A stretch of DNA of 57,519 nucleotides. Origin: an uncultured Spirochaetota bacterium. Its GTDB lineage: Bacteria > Spirochaetota > Spirochaetia > SZUA-6 > Fen-1364. Below the pieces are notes generated by a model that made no database searches, was not told the origin of the DNA, and was given only the letters and a program-made list of their open reading frames with translations. The stretch spans positions 1 to 57,519 of the forward strand of contig CAWJSK010000009.1 in NCBI GenBank assembly GCA_963845535.1. Direction: 5' to 3'. The position numbers and the translations under genes are program-made. Each line of letters opens with the position of its first letter. Position 1 is the first letter of the stretch. Of the stretch, positions 38,276 through 50,000 are shown in pieces.

Positions 38276-40073
38276 ATGAGCCAAGCACTACAGACTCGTT
38301 CCCTGCTGTCGGGAAACGAGGCAATCGCGAGGGGAGCCTGGGAGGCCGGCGTCACCGTGGCCACCGGGTATCCCGGAACCCCTTCAACGGAAATCCTCGA
38401 GTTTGCCAGCAGATACAAGCAGGACATCTACTGCGAGTGGTCCCCCAATGAGAAGGTGGCCCTCGAGGTGGCCGCCGGCGCTTCTCTTTGCGGCGCGCGC
38501 GTGATCGTGACCATGAAGCACGTCGGGCTGAACGTCGCGGCAGACCCGCTCATGACCTTGTCCTACATCGGGACCGTTGGCGGGCTGGTGGTGTGCGTCG
38601 CGGATGACCCCGGCATGCACTCCTCGCAGAACGAGCAGGATACCCGGCACTACGCCCGCCTGGGAAAGATCCCGATTCTCGAGCCGGCGGATTCCGCACA
38701 GGCCCGTGATTTCATCCTCCTTGGCATGGAGATCTCGGAGAAGTACGGCACTCCCGTGATCCTGAGGTCCACCACCCGGGTCAGCCATTCGAGCAGCGCG
38801 GTCACTCTGGGTGAGAGGACGGCCAGGGCGCCGTCGGATGGATTCGTGAAAGACCCTGCGCGCTTCGTGCCCATTCCGTTGTACGGGCGGCCAATGCGCG
38901 TAAAAGTGGAGAAGCGCCTCGAGGCAATGAGGGAAGAGGTCAACTCTTCCCCCGCAAACGCAATCGAGTGGGGTGACCGCTCGCTGGGGATCATCGCGGA
39001 GGGAATTGCCTACCAGTACGTCCGAGAGCTTGCGCCGAAGGCTTCCGTTCTGAGGGTCGGGTGGGTCTGGCCTTTCCCGGACAATCTCATCCGCGAGTTC
39101 GCGGCCGGTGTCAAGAAAGTCCTCGTGGTGGAAGAGCTGGATCCAATCCTCGAGGAGCACGTACGCTCCCTGGGAATTGCCTGCGAAGGAAAGGGAGTTG
39201 TGCCGGCCATCGGTGAGCTGTCGTCCGACAAGCTGGCCGGGGCTCTGGAGGGGAACGGGACCGCGCCGCCGGCTGATGGGGGCGTCTCCCACGAAGGCCG
39301 CGGTGGCAGCCACGGAAGGCCTTCCCGCCAGGCCTCCTGTCCTTTGCCCCGCCTGCCCGCACCGGGGGATCTTCTATGCCCTGGGCAAGTTCGACGTCGT
39401 GGTGACCGGTGACATTGGCTGCTATTCTCTGGGCGTCTTTCCTCCGCTCAAGCGCATCGACACCATCCTCTGCATGGGCGCGGGGATCTCCATGGCGCAC
39501 GGGATGCAGAAAGCCGGTGAGAAACGCAAGGTCGTGGGGATTGTCGGTGACTCCACTTTCTTCCACTCCGGCATTACCGGCCTGCTCGACATCGCCTACA
39601 ACAAGGGAGCCTCCACTATCATCGTGGTGGACAACAGGACCACGGCCATGACAGGCCACCAGGACCACGCGGGCACGGGCCGGACGCTGCTGGGAGAAGA
39701 GACCATCAGCGCAAGCATCGAAGTCTTCGGCCGCGCCTGCGGCATCAAGAACATCGCGACGGTGGACCCCTACGACATCACGCCAACGGTGGAGGCAATC
39801 CGCACGGCGGTGGAGTCGGATGAGCCGTGGCTCATCGTTGCGCGCTCCCCGTGCCCCTTGTCCATGAAGAAGAACCCCGGGGAGCCGCGCAGGGTCAACC
39901 AGGAGCTGTGCAGGAAGTGCAAGCTCTGTCTGAAGCTGGGCTGCCCCGCAATCGAATGGGTGAACGACGAAATCAGGGTGAACGAGCTTCTCTGCGGTGG
40001 ATGCGCCATGTGTGAGAAAGTCTGCAAGGAAGGCGCCTTCCAGGCTGCCTCGGGGGCATGCCATGAGTCATGA
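38276..40073 (+). pseudogene. iorA: indolepyruvate:ferredoxin oxidoreductase alpha subunit, frameshifted near a G5 run (39278-39282)
   Basis: LLSGNEAIARG, GYPGTPSTE, MKHVGLNVAAD, SSQNEQD in the first frame; RPPVLCPACPHR, GDIGCY, GDSTFFHSG and two Cys clusters in the second; TTGACA-17-TAGAAC upstream. Confidence 0.92.
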
Positions 40074-40746
40074 AGATACCGTTACCGGCATTGTGCTCGT
40101 CGGTGTCGGAGGGCAGGGAATACTCCTTGCAGCGCAGATAGCCGCGCGCGCCGCCTTGATTGCCGGCCACGACGTGAAGACCAACGAGGTGCACGGGATG
40201 GCACAGCGCGGCGGGTCAGTCGTGGCGCAGATCCGTTATGGAGCCCGCGTCTACAGCCCGCTCGTCCCGGACGGCAGCGCGGCCGTCCTTCTTTCCCTGG
40301 AGCGCATCGAGGCGCTGCGGTTCGCGGGCTACCTGGCCCCGGACGGCCTGGCCGTCGTATCCACGCAGGCAATCGTGCCCGTCACCGTGTCCTCCGGCCA
40401 GGCCTCATACCCGGCGGACGCCGAAGAGCGGTTGCGGGCGCGTTTCCCGCGTCTTGTGTATGTGGACGCCGTCAGCGTTGGGGAAAAGCTCTGCGACACG
40501 CGTGTAGCCAACGTGGTGCTGCTCGGTGCCATGTCCGTGGCGCTTTCTCTCGCCCCGGAGTGCTGGGCAGAGGCAATTGCGCAGTGCGTCAAGCCGCGTT
40601 TTGTGGACGTCAACCGAAAGGCGTTCGAAGAGGGAAAGGCGCTCGCCGCCCTGTCTCAATTCCTTCCGTCCCAACCCGCCAGCGCGGAAAGAAACCTGCT
40701 GAAGACTTCCGGGGCGAACGCCTCCTCGGTGATTCGGACCACGTGA
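40063..40746 (+). CDS. iorB: indolepyruvate oxidoreductase beta subunit
   Basis: GVGGQG, EVHGMAQRGGSV, YSPLV, NVVLLGA, NRKAFEEG. Confidence 0.93.
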   Translation: MSHEDTVTGIVLVGVGGQGILLAAQIAARAALIAGHDVKTNEVHGMAQRGGSVVAQIRYGARVYSPLVPDGSAAVLLSLERIEALRFAGYLAPDGLAVVSTQAIVPVTVSSGQASYPADAEERLRARFPRLVYVDAVSVGEKLCDTRVANVVLLGAMSVALSLAPECWAEAIAQCVKPRFVDVNRKAFEEGKALAALSQFLPSQPASAERNLLKTSGANASSVIRTT

Positions 40747-41090
40747 AGTCGTGAAAGGCGCACAACCACCACGCGCCGCCGGAAGCGACGCCTGGTCGTC
40801 ACGGCAATGATCTCCTGACGGGTGATGACCTGCTGCGTGAGCTCGCGCCCCCGAAACAACGTGAGGGTCTGGCCGTCCAGCTCGATGGTACGGATTCCCT
40901 TGTACAGCCAGAGCGCCACATCCGAGCCGAAAGCCACGGCAAGAGCGGCCACTGCCACCGCGACGGCGAGCGGCGAAATGAGGGCGGGGATTCGGGACGC
41001 AAGCACAACGATGAGCGCCGCAAAAAGAAACGCCGCCAGGTCCGTTGCGAAGATGTAACGAAAGTGCGCAGGGAAAATCATCTTTTCCAT
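40656..41090 (-). CDS. hypothetical membrane protein (2 TM plus PH-like beta tail)
   Basis: Two hydrophobic helices then [13 protein letters not shown]; overlaps the iorB 3' end by 91 nt. Confidence 0.55.
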   Translation of the reverse strand: MEKMIFPAHFRYIFATDLAAFLFAALIVVLASRIPALISPLAVAVAVAALAVAFGSDVALWLYKGIRTIELDGQTLTLFRGRELTQQVITRQEIIAVTTRRRFRRRVVVVRLSRLHVVRITEEAFAPEVFSRFLSALAGWDGRN

Positions 41091-41123
41091 CAGGGGCCTG
41101 TTATACCGCAAACCTCGCTTGTC

Positions 41124-41152
41124 TTGACAGAGCTTTCCCCCGCCGCTACCGT
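41124..41152 (+). promoter_or_regulatory. sigma70-like promoter of carAB
   Basis: TTGACA (41124-29), 17 nt, TACCGT (41147-52); GTG start 10 nt later with no RBS. Confidence 0.5.
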
Positions 41153-41161
41153 GGCGTCGCG

Positions 41162-42277
41162 GTGGGAAAAGCATTACTTCTCCTTGAGGACGGGACTTCT
41201 TTCGAAGGCCAATCCCTGGGCGCCGAAGGGGAGGCGTTCGGTGAGGTTGTTTTCAATACGTCCATCACCGGCTACCAGGAAGTCCTGACAGACCCTTCGT
41301 ACAGGGGCCAGATCGTCACAATGACCTACCCCTTGATCGGCAACTACGGGATCGTTCCCGGGGACGGGGAGTCGAAAAAGGCATGGTTGTCAGGCTTCGT
41401 AGTCCGGGAGGCCAGCGCCGTGCGCTCGAACTGGCGTTCCACCATGGACATGCAGGCCTGGCTCAAGGAGCAGGGAGTTGTCGGCATCCAGGGCATTGAT
41501 ACGCGGGCCTTGACCAGGCACCTGCGCATCAACGGATCGAAGCACGGGGTGGTTTCCAGCTCTGAGCTGGACTTGGCGTCCCTGGGAAAAAAGCTGGAGG
41601 CCGCGCCTCGAATCGTCGGACGGGACCTCGTTGTTGAAGTGAGCTGTGAGGCTCCGTATGAGTGGAAAGAGCCTGCATTCGGGGACACCTCCCGGCCTCC
41701 GCAGAAATACCACGCGGTGGTGATAGACTGCGGCGTGAAATACAACATCCTCCGGCGGCTCGTTTCCGCTGGATGCCGTGTGACCGTGGTGCCCGCTTTC
41801 ATGAAGGCTCCTGAAATACTCGCCTTGCACCCTGATGGAATAGTGCTTTCCAACGGTCCCGGTGATCCTGAGCCGGTCACGTACGTCATTGAAGCTGTCA
41901 AAAAACTCGTGGGAAAGGCGCCCATTTTCGGGATTTGTCTCGGGCAGCAGATCCTCGGGCTCGCCCTTGGCGGCCGCACGTACAAGCTGAAGTTCGGCCA
42001 TCACGGGGGAAACCACCCCGTCAAGGACATTGCAACGGGCCGCATCGCCATCACAACGCAGAACCACGGGTTCAACGTGGACATGGATTCCATTGCCCAT
42101 CCGGGAACGCACGCCACGCACGTCAACTTGTATGACGGCACCACCGAAGGCCTGGAGAACCGGGAGATGGGGTTCTTCAGCGTCCAGTATCATCCCGAGG
42201 CAAGCCCGGGACCTCATGATGCCGCGTACCTGTTTGCCCGGTTCACCGCCCTGATGGATGAGCGCAAGGGGGCATGA
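41162..42277 (+). CDS. carA: carbamoyl-phosphate synthase small subunit
   Basis: [44 protein letters not shown]. Confidence 0.97.
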   Translation: MGKALLLLEDGTSFEGQSLGAEGEAFGEVVFNTSITGYQEVLTDPSYRGQIVTMTYPLIGNYGIVPGDGESKKAWLSGFVVREASAVRSNWRSTMDMQAWLKEQGVVGIQGIDTRALTRHLRINGSKHGVVSSSELDLASLGKKLEAAPRIVGRDLVVEVSCEAPYEWKEPAFGDTSRPPQKYHAVVIDCGVKYNILRRLVSAGCRVTVVPAFMKAPEILALHPDGIVLSNGPGDPEPVTYVIEAVKKLVGKAPIFGICLGQQILGLALGGRTYKLKFGHHGGNHPVKDIATGRIAITTQNHGFNVDMDSIAHPGTHATHVNLYDGTTEGLENREMGFFSVQYHPEASPGPHDAAYLFARFTALMDERKGA

Positions 42278-42281
42278 GGAA

Positions 42282-45200
42282 ATGCCCCGCCGCACGGACA
42301 TCCACTCAGTCCTGATCATCGGGACAGGTCCCATCATCATTGGCCAGGCCTGCGAGTTCGACTACTCCGGGACCCAGGCGTGCAAGGCCTTGCGGGAAGA
42401 GGGGTTTCGCGTCGTGCTGGTGAACTCCAATCCCGCCACCATCATGACGGACCCTGAAATGGCGGACGCCACCTATATCGAGCCAATCACCGTGCCCGTG
42501 CTCTCCAAGATCATTGAGGCGGAACGGCCTGATGCCCTCCTGCCGACCCTGGGCGGGCAGACGGGCTTGAACATCGCAATCCAGTTGGCGGAAAGCGGGA
42601 CGCTGGAGCGCAACGGCGTGAGGATGATCGGCGCTGACCGTGAGGCAATCCGAAAAGCGGAGGACCGCAAGCTTTTCAAACAGTGCATGGAGCGCATCGG
42701 ACTGGAAGTGCCCCGCAGCGGCCTGGCCCGCACGCTCTCGGAAGCGCGGAGCGTAGCGGGCGCCATTGGTTTCCCGCTCATCATCAGGCCGTCATTCACC
42801 CTGGGCGGCACGGGGGGAGGGGTTGTGCCCACCGCGGAGAGCTTTGAGGAGATGGCCGGCCGCGGCCTTTCGGCCAGCATGATCTCGGAAATCCTGATCG
42901 AGGAGTCCATTGCCGGCTGGAAAGAGTTCGAGCTGGAGGTGATGCGGGACCGGGCGGACAACGTGGTGGTGGTCTGTTCCATAGAGAACTTCGACCCCAT
43001 GGGCGTCCACACGGGGGACTCCATCACAGTGGCCCCCGCGCAGACGCTCACGGACCGTGAGTATCAGCGGATGAGGGACGCTGCCATTGCCGTCATCCGG
43101 GAGATCGGCGTGGAGACAGGCGGCTCGAACATCCAGTTCGCCGTCCATCCAGACACGGGGAGAATGGTCGTCATTGAGATGAACCCGCGCGTTTCGCGCT
43201 CCTCCGCGCTGGCTTCCAAGGCAACAGGGTTCCCGATTGCCAAGATTGCCGCCAAGCTTGCCGTCGGCTATACCCTGGATGAGATTCCCAACGACATCAC
43301 GAAAAACACTCCGGCCTCATTCGAGCCGACAATCGACTACTGTGTCGTGAAAATCCCCCGCTTCGCGTTCGAGAAGTTCCCTTCCGCCGACCCGGTCCTC
43401 ACCATCCAGATGAAGTCCGTCGGGGAGGTCATGGCAATCGGGCGTACGTTCAAGGAAGCCTTGCAAAAAGGCGTGCGCGGGCTGGAGATCCGCAGGTCGG
43501 GCCTCGGAGGAATCTCCGGCCTGACGGATGACCAGCTCGAGCTGACGCTGGCGCGGCCCACGGCGGAACGCCTTTTCCAGATCCATGAGGCATTCTGCAG
43601 GGGATGGCCGGTGGAAAAGGTTCACAAAGCCACATGGATCGACCCGTGGTTCCTCCGCAACATGAAGGAGATCGCGGACTTCGAGCCCACCATTTCCGAA
43701 CAGAATCTGCGGGAGGCAAAACGCCTGGGGTTCAGCGACCAGCAGATTGCCGCCCGGCTGGGCAAAGACGAGGAGGCTGTGCGCGCAATGCGGACGGCCC
43801 GCGGGGTGACTCCGGCCTACAAGCTGGTTGATACGTGCGCGGCGGAGCTCGAAGCCTACACGCCGTACTATTACTCCACGTATGACGCGGAGGACGAGGC
43901 GCGCCCCTCGACGCGCAAGAAGATCATGATCCTGGGCGGAGGGCCCAACCGGATCGGGCAGGGGATCGAGTTCGATTATTGCTGCGTGCACGCAGCGTTC
44001 GCTCTGCGCGAGATAGGCTATGAAACCATCATGGTCAACTCCAATCCCGAGACGGTCTCCACGGACTACGACACATCGGACAAGCTGTACTTCGAGCCCC
44101 TGACCCGGGAGGACGTGCTCAACATCGTGGAGCGGGAGAAGCCCAACGGTGTCATCGTACAATTGGGCGGCCAGACCCCGCTCACGCTCGCAGTCGGGCT
44201 GGAGAAGGCGGGAGTGCCCATCATCGGGACAAGCCCGGACTCCATTGACAGGGCGGAGGACAGGAAAAGGTTCTCCGAGCTGGTCAGGACGCTTGGCCTT
44301 CGGCAGCCGGAAAACGGCAACGCCGTGGAGGTGGAGGAGGCGGTGAAGATTGCGCACGGGATCGGCTACCCGGTGCTCGTGCGTCCCAGCTACGTGCTGG
44401 GCGGCCGCGCCATGGAAATCGTCTATGATGATTCCAGCCTTGAACACTACATGCGTCGCGCGGTGTGGGCGTCTCCCGAGCGGCCAGTGCTGATTGACCG
44501 GTTCATCGAGGACGCCATCGAAGTCGACGTTGACATGGTGAGTGACGGCCGCACATGTGTGATTGGCGGGATCCTCGAGCACATCGAGGAGGCCGGGGTG
44601 CATTCGGGGGACGCTGCCATGGTGCTGCCTCCCCACACCCTGCCGCACTGGATGATAGAGGAGATCCGGCGTTACACGAGGCTCCTGGCGGAAGAGTTGC
44701 GGGTCATCGGGCTGATGAACGTGCAGTACGCAGTCAAAGGCAAGGAGCTGTACATCATAGAAGTCAACCCGCGCGCGTCCCGCACGGTGCCTTTCGTGTC
44801 GAAGGCAACGGGGGTGCCGCTGGCGAAGATTGCGGCAAAAGTCATGGTTGGGATGAGCCTCTCGGAGATCGGTTTCACGGAAGAGGTGATCCCCCGTCAC
44901 ATCTGCGTGAAAGAATCCGTGCTGCCGTTTGCCAAGTTCCCGGGGGTGGACATCATCCTCGGCCCCGAGATGAAGTCCACGGGCGAGGTGATGGGGATAG
45001 ACACGGATTTCGGGAGGGCGTATTGCAAGAGCCAGCTCGGCGCCATGCAGAACGTCCCCGTGAGCGGCACGGTGTTCATCAGCGTGAAGCACAAGGACAA
45101 AACGCCGCTCGTTGTGTCAGTGGCCCACCAGCTCATAGCGCTCGGGTTCAGCATTGTCTCTACCAGCGGAACGGCGGCGTTCCTCAAGAAGAACGGAATA

Positions 45201-45476
45201 GAGGCGGAGGTGGTCCGCCGCGTAAGCGAAGGCGCTCCGAACATCCTCGACATGATCAACGGCGGGAAAATCCAGCTCATCATCAATTCACCGTCAGGGA
45301 AGATACCGCGTCAGGACGAGCTTCCCATCCGATCCATTGCAAACTCCCGCGGCGTCCCCGTGGTTACTACGATGCCCGGCGCGGACGCCTACGCCCAAGG
45401 GATACGGGCCTTCATCCGTGGTGAGCTGGGGGTCAAGCCCATCCAGCGCTACCACGCAGGTTCGCACCCGAAATAG
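42282..45476 (+). CDS. carB: carbamoyl-phosphate synthase large subunit
   Basis: [51 protein letters not shown] domain. Confidence 0.98.
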   Translation: MPRRTDIHSVLIIGTGPIIIGQACEFDYSGTQACKALREEGFRVVLVNSNPATIMTDPEMADATYIEPITVPVLSKIIEAERPDALLPTLGGQTGLNIAIQLAESGTLERNGVRMIGADREAIRKAEDRKLFKQCMERIGLEVPRSGLARTLSEARSVAGAIGFPLIIRPSFTLGGTGGGVVPTAESFEEMAGRGLSASMISEILIEESIAGWKEFELEVMRDRADNVVVVCSIENFDPMGVHTGDSITVAPAQTLTDREYQRMRDAAIAVIREIGVETGGSNIQFAVHPDTGRMVVIEMNPRVSRSSALASKATGFPIAKIAAKLAVGYTLDEIPNDITKNTPASFEPTIDYCVVKIPRFAFEKFPSADPVLTIQMKSVGEVMAIGRTFKEALQKGVRGLEIRRSGLGGISGLTDDQLELTLARPTAERLFQIHEAFCRGWPVEKVHKATWIDPWFLRNMKEIADFEPTISEQNLREAKRLGFSDQQIAARLGKDEEAVRAMRTARGVTPAYKLVDTCAAELEAYTPYYYSTYDAEDEARPSTRKKIMILGGGPNRIGQGIEFDYCCVHAAFALREIGYETIMVNSNPETVSTDYDTSDKLYFEPLTREDVLNIVEREKPNGVIVQLGGQTPLTLAVGLEKAGVPIIGTSPDSIDRAEDRKRFSELVRTLGLRQPENGNAVEVEEAVKIAHGIGYPVLVRPSYVLGGRAMEIVYDDSSLEHYMRRAVWASPERPVLIDRFIEDAIEVDVDMVSDGRTCVIGGILEHIEEAGVHSGDAAMVLPPHTLPHWMIEEIRRYTRLLAEELRVIGLMNVQYAVKGKELYIIEVNPRASRTVPFVSKATGVPLAKIAAKVMVGMSLSEIGFTEEVIPRHICVKESVLPFAKFPGVDIILGPEMKSTGEVMGIDTDFGRAYCKSQLGAMQNVPVSGTVFISVKHKDKTPLVVSVAHQLIALGFSIVSTSGTAAFLKKNGIEAEVVRRVSEGAPNILDMINGGKIQLIINSPSGKIPRQDELPIRSIANSRGVPVVTTMPGADAYAQGIRAFIRGELGVKPIQRYHAGSHPK

Positions 45477-45587
45477 CTTCCCTGGCACTGCCCCGCGCCT
45501 CTGCGCCCAGGACGCCGATTTTCGGGGCCGGCGGCGCAGTCCGCGCCGCGGCCGTGGGCGCTCGGTCCGACATTCTCTTCGGGCCCG

Positions 45588-46883
45588 CTACTGCTGCGGC
45601 GTTCTGGACAGGAGCTGCCGGTCCTGCTCCAGGATCCTGCTGTCAGGGTACGCCGACAAGCCCTGGTCCAGTATGGTCCGGGCGTCCGCGAGCTTACGGG
45701 CGTTGTACATCTGCGCGAACGCGTTGTGGACGTAGGCCTCATAGGTCTGAAGAAGGAGCGGCTGCGCGCCCAGCTTCCTGATCCCGTCGATCGCCACTTG
45801 CGCCGCGGCCAGGTTGCCGTTGGTCCTGGACTCGGCTTCCGCCTTCAGCTGGACAAGGGAGACGGAGAGCTTGGTCCAGTCGGCGTCATCAAGCACTGTT
45901 TTGACGGTTGGTTGCGACAGGAGAGCCTCCGCGTCCGCGAACGCGCCGGCGTCGAAGAGGCTGACGACCCAGTTGTGGTAGACGTCACGGCGCCGCTGCT
46001 CCAGGTCCACGGAGCCGCCGAAGGAGGCCTTCACGGCGTCCAGGAACTGGACGGCCTGGCCGAAGTCAGCCCTTGTCCCCATCCATGACACGTAGTTCGA
46101 AAGAGTCAGGGTGGCGATCTTCCTGAACTCATCATTGGCGATGAGGGCATACAGGCTCACTGCCGGAGTCACGGCGTCCCTGAAGTACCTGCCGTCCGTG
46201 TACTCCGAGACCCGGTTGTACAGGATGAGCCCGAGAAGCTCCTTCTCTCCAATGACCCGGCGGTCCCGGTAGTTGGAGGGCGGCACGTAGCTGTACCCGG
46301 TAAGCTTGCCGAAACTGTCGCTGAACTCCTTTCGTGTCCCTGGGTTGTAGCCGTACGGGTTGGTTGTCTCCACGTCCACGGGCTCACCGTCCACCAGAAC
46401 GGAACAGAATGCGTGGTCCGTGGTCCGTACGCCGCCCACGGAAAGGCCGACCGACCTGGCGAGAATGAGGTACAGGACCGCCGATGAGACGCAGTTGAAC
46501 ACGCCGGTCTCCACGGCGGTGTCCACCCGGGTCTGGCGTTCGGAGTACGACACGAGCAGGTTGCGGTGGAGAAAAGTGAGCGTCTTTTCCGCAAGCTCCG
46601 CCTGCCCGGTCACGTCCGCCACCTCCTCACGGAAGCGCCGCATCAAGGAGGCCAGCTTTTCTTTATCAGCGGCCGCCGCCTCTTCCGAGGCGCCTGAGAA
46701 CTGGAAGGACGCGTCGATGATCGTTTCCACGGGCAACGGTTCCCGCATGGTGGAGAGCTGTTCGCTCATGGGAAGCGGGGTCAGCTCGGGAAAAGACTGG
46801 ATGCCTGACTTGCTTTGCGCTCCGAGCGGCTGCAGAGAAACAAAGAGCATGAGCAAAAAAAGAAGAGAACCGCGTGGACGCAT
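45588..46883 (-). CDS. exported protein with transglutaminase-like core and TPR-like tail
   Basis: Signal peptide MRPRGSLLFLL; FNCVSS...HAF...DVETTNPYG (Cys-His-Asp/Glu arrangement); helical C-terminus. Confidence 0.7.
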   Translation of the reverse strand: MRPRGSLLFLLMLFVSLQPLGAQSKSGIQSFPELTPLPMSEQLSTMREPLPVETIIDASFQFSGASEEAAAADKEKLASLMRRFREEVADVTGQAELAEKTLTFLHRNLLVSYSERQTRVDTAVETGVFNCVSSAVLYLILARSVGLSVGGVRTTDHAFCSVLVDGEPVDVETTNPYGYNPGTRKEFSDSFGKLTGYSYVPPSNYRDRRVIGEKELLGLILYNRVSEYTDGRYFRDAVTPAVSLYALIANDEFRKIATLTLSNYVSWMGTRADFGQAVQFLDAVKASFGGSVDLEQRRRDVYHNWVVSLFDAGAFADAEALLSQPTVKTVLDDADWTKLSVSLVQLKAEAESRTNGNLAAAQVAIDGIRKLGAQPLLLQTYEAYVHNAFAQMYNARKLADARTILDQGLSAYPDSRILEQDRQLLSRTPQQ

Positions 46884-46964
46884 GAGCTGAAGTGGCCTTC
46901 CTTCAGGAACAAGATCAGCATTCCCTTGGAATTGCGTCAAGGGTTGCACGGCGCGGGTGTTGGA

Positions 46965-47003
46965 CCCGCGGATGCGCCCCGCGGATGCACCCCGCGGGCG
47001 TAC
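46965..47003. repeat. three 13-bp tandem repeats
   Basis: CCCGCGGATGCGC / CCCGCGGATGCAC / CCCGCGGGCGTAC. Confidence 0.7.
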
Positions 47004-47075
47004 GCGGTACGCCGGCCAAAGCGGCCCGAGTCCGACGAGTGACTCGTGCGCAGGGCCTTGCACTGCCAGGGGATT

Positions 47076-47099
47076 TATACTATACATATGTATAGTATA
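47076..47099. promoter_or_regulatory. perfect 24-bp palindromic operator, candidate SOS box
   Basis: TATACTATACAT|ATGTATAGTATA abutting the dnaE ATG; TTGCAC (-35-like) at 47058. Confidence 0.75.
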
Positions 47100-50000
47100 T
47101 GAGCGCAGAGTACATTCATTTCCGATCGAACTACTCCCTCCTCCGAGGATGCCGCTCCCCCGAGGAGATTTGCCGTTTTGCCAAAGAACGAAGTCTGTCA
47201 ACGGTCGGGATGACAGACATCAACAACTTCTACGGCCTCATTCTCTTCCTGCTTGCGGCTGACCGGGAAGGGATCAAGCCCGTGGCCGGCGTTGTCGTCG
47301 AGAAAAAAGGGAGGGAGCTGTTCACCGCGTACGTTATGGATCGGAGAGGCTACGGCAACATCTGCCGGCTCCTGACGGACAACCTCACTGACGCGGAGGG
47401 GACCTTTGATCCGGTGGGCGCGCTCGTCGAGCGTGGATGGGAGGGTCTCTCCGTCCTTTCACCGCATTCCGACGTGATTGATCGTCTTGCGCTTCGGGAA
47501 AGTGACGGCCTGTACGTCCAGCTCACCTATGGCTGCCCTTTTGCCTCCCTTGTCCGCTTTGCCCGTGATCGAGGGCTGCCTGCCGCCGCAATTCACGAAA
47601 CCGTCTTTCTGGATGAAGCTGACGAGAGCCTGTATCCCCTCCTGCGGGCCATGGACCTGAACACCACGCTGGAACGAGTGCCGGAAGCCGAGAAACTGGG
47701 GGGCCGGCATCGTTTCGTGGAGCCGGGCGCCGTGGAACGGCTCTTCTCTGCCGTTCCTGAGGCGCTTGCGAACACGGAGAGGATTGCGCGGGAGGCGGAC
47801 GTCAGCGGCATCATCAATCCGCAGCGCGTGTTTCCCGCCTTCGACGGGTTGTCCGAGGAGGAGACCTTTCGGGTCCTCAGTCGATTGTGCGATGAGGGGG
47901 TGCTCCGCCGCTACGGCGGCATTCGGCCCGACATTCGGGAGCGGCTGGATTACGAGCTTGCCGTCATCCGGGAGAAGGGATTTGCATCGTACTTCCTGGT
48001 GGTGCGGGACATCGTCCAGCAATGCCCGCGGACCTGCGGCCGGGGGAGCGCGGCTTCCAGCATCGTCTCCTACCTTCTTGGCATCACGCATGTCGACCCC
48101 CTGCGCCACACGCTTTTCTTCGAGCGCTTCCTCAACAGGGGCAGGAAGGATCCGCCGGACATCGACGTGGATTTCCCCTGGGACGAACGGGAGAAGACGC
48201 TGCGCTACGTATTCCAGAAGTACGAGGGCAGGGCCGCCATGGTTGCCAACCACGTCACCTTCGGCCCGCGCTCCGCTCTTCGTGAACCCGCCAAGGCCCT
48301 CGGGCTGCCGGAAGAGGAGCTACGCAGCTTTGTGCGGGCGTTTCGCCAGGGACGGCTGGACGACATTCCACCCTCCGTGCGGGAAGCCGCTGCCCGCATC
48401 CGCGGTTTCCCCCGAAACCTCGGCACCCACTGCGGCGGCGTGGTCATCACGCCGGGCCCCATCACGGACTACACGCACGTCCAGACCTCCGCGCTGGGCT
48501 ATCCTCTCATCGCGTGGGAGAAGGACGCCACGGAGGACGCGGGGCTGGTGAAGATCGACCTTCTCGGGAACAGGTCGCTTGCCGTCCTTCGTGACGCCCT
48601 GGAGATGGTGGAGAGGAATCACGGCCGCAGGTACGAGTGGGAAACCTTCGACCCTCTTGCGGACGCGGATACCCGTGACCTCATTTCCGAAGGCAAGACA
48701 ATTGGAGTCTTCTACGTGGAGTCTCCGGCCACACGCCAGCTTCTGACCAAGATGCGGAGGGGAGACTACGAGAACCTCGTGATTGCAAGCTCCATCATCA
48801 GGCCGGCCGCCAACCAGTACATCCGCACTTTCGTGAAGCGCCTGCACGGCGCGCCGTACCGGCCGCTGCACCCGCTCATCGAGGGGACCCTGGCGGAAAC
48901 CTTCGGCGTCATGGTCTATCAGGAGGACGTCTCACGGGTCGCCATCGACCTGGCGGGCTTTCCCATCGAGGAGGCCGACAGGCTGCGGAAGATCCTTTCC
49001 AAGAAAGACCGTGACCTCACGCTGCGTGACCTCAGGGAGAAGTTCTTTCACGGGGCCAGGAGCCGTGGGGTGGCTGACCAGACAATAGCGAAGGTCTGGG
49101 ACATGATCCTCTCTTTCGACGGTTACTCGTTCTGCAAGGCGCACAGCGCCTCCTATGCGCAGGTGTCCTATCGGGTGGCGTACCTCAAACGCTTCTATCC
49201 GCTGGAGTTCATTGCCGCGGTCATCAACAACGGCGGTGGGTTTTATGGTCGGCAGACGTACCTGGATGAGTGCAGGCGCCTGGGGTTCGCCATTCTCCCC
49301 CCGGACGTGAATGCAAGCGGGTGGGAATACACGGCTCTGCCCGCGGGGCTGAGGGTCGGCCTGATGCAGCTCAAGGACGCCCGGCCGGAGCTGGTGGAAG
49401 CTATTGTCCAGGAGCGCCGGCGCGGCGGCCCCTATGCGGGCTTTCGGGATTTTCTTCTTCGCGTGCCGTGCCGCTTCGAGGACGTACGGGTGCTCATCAG
49501 GTCGGGCGCCCTGGACAGCATCTCGGAGGGATGTTCACGGCCTCAGATGTTTTTTCGCTGGCAGAATATCGACAAGGAGGAGGGCCTCGGCTTCCCGCCA
49601 GCCCCGCCGCCTTTCATCGGGGACTACCCCGAGCGCGTGAAGCTGAAGGACGAAGTGAGCACCCTTGGGATCGTGATCTCCTGTCACCCCCTGAAGCTTT
49701 TCCGCCCGCGGATCCAGGGGATCATCGAAAGCCTTGGTCTTTCCCCTCTCGTCCGCTCCATCGACATTCCAAGCCACAGGGGGGAGAAAGTCTGGGCCGC
49801 GGGCATCCTTGTGACCGGCAAGGAGGTGGCCACGAAAAAGCAGGAGCCCATGATTTTCGTCAGCTTCGAGGATGAGCTGGCAATCTTTGAGACGGTGCTT
49901 TTCCCCGGCTCCTTTGCCAAATTCCACCAACAATTGGATGACGGCTGGGCTTTCCTGGTCTACGGCCGGGTGGAGGATGATCTGGGGGCTCTTTCCATCA

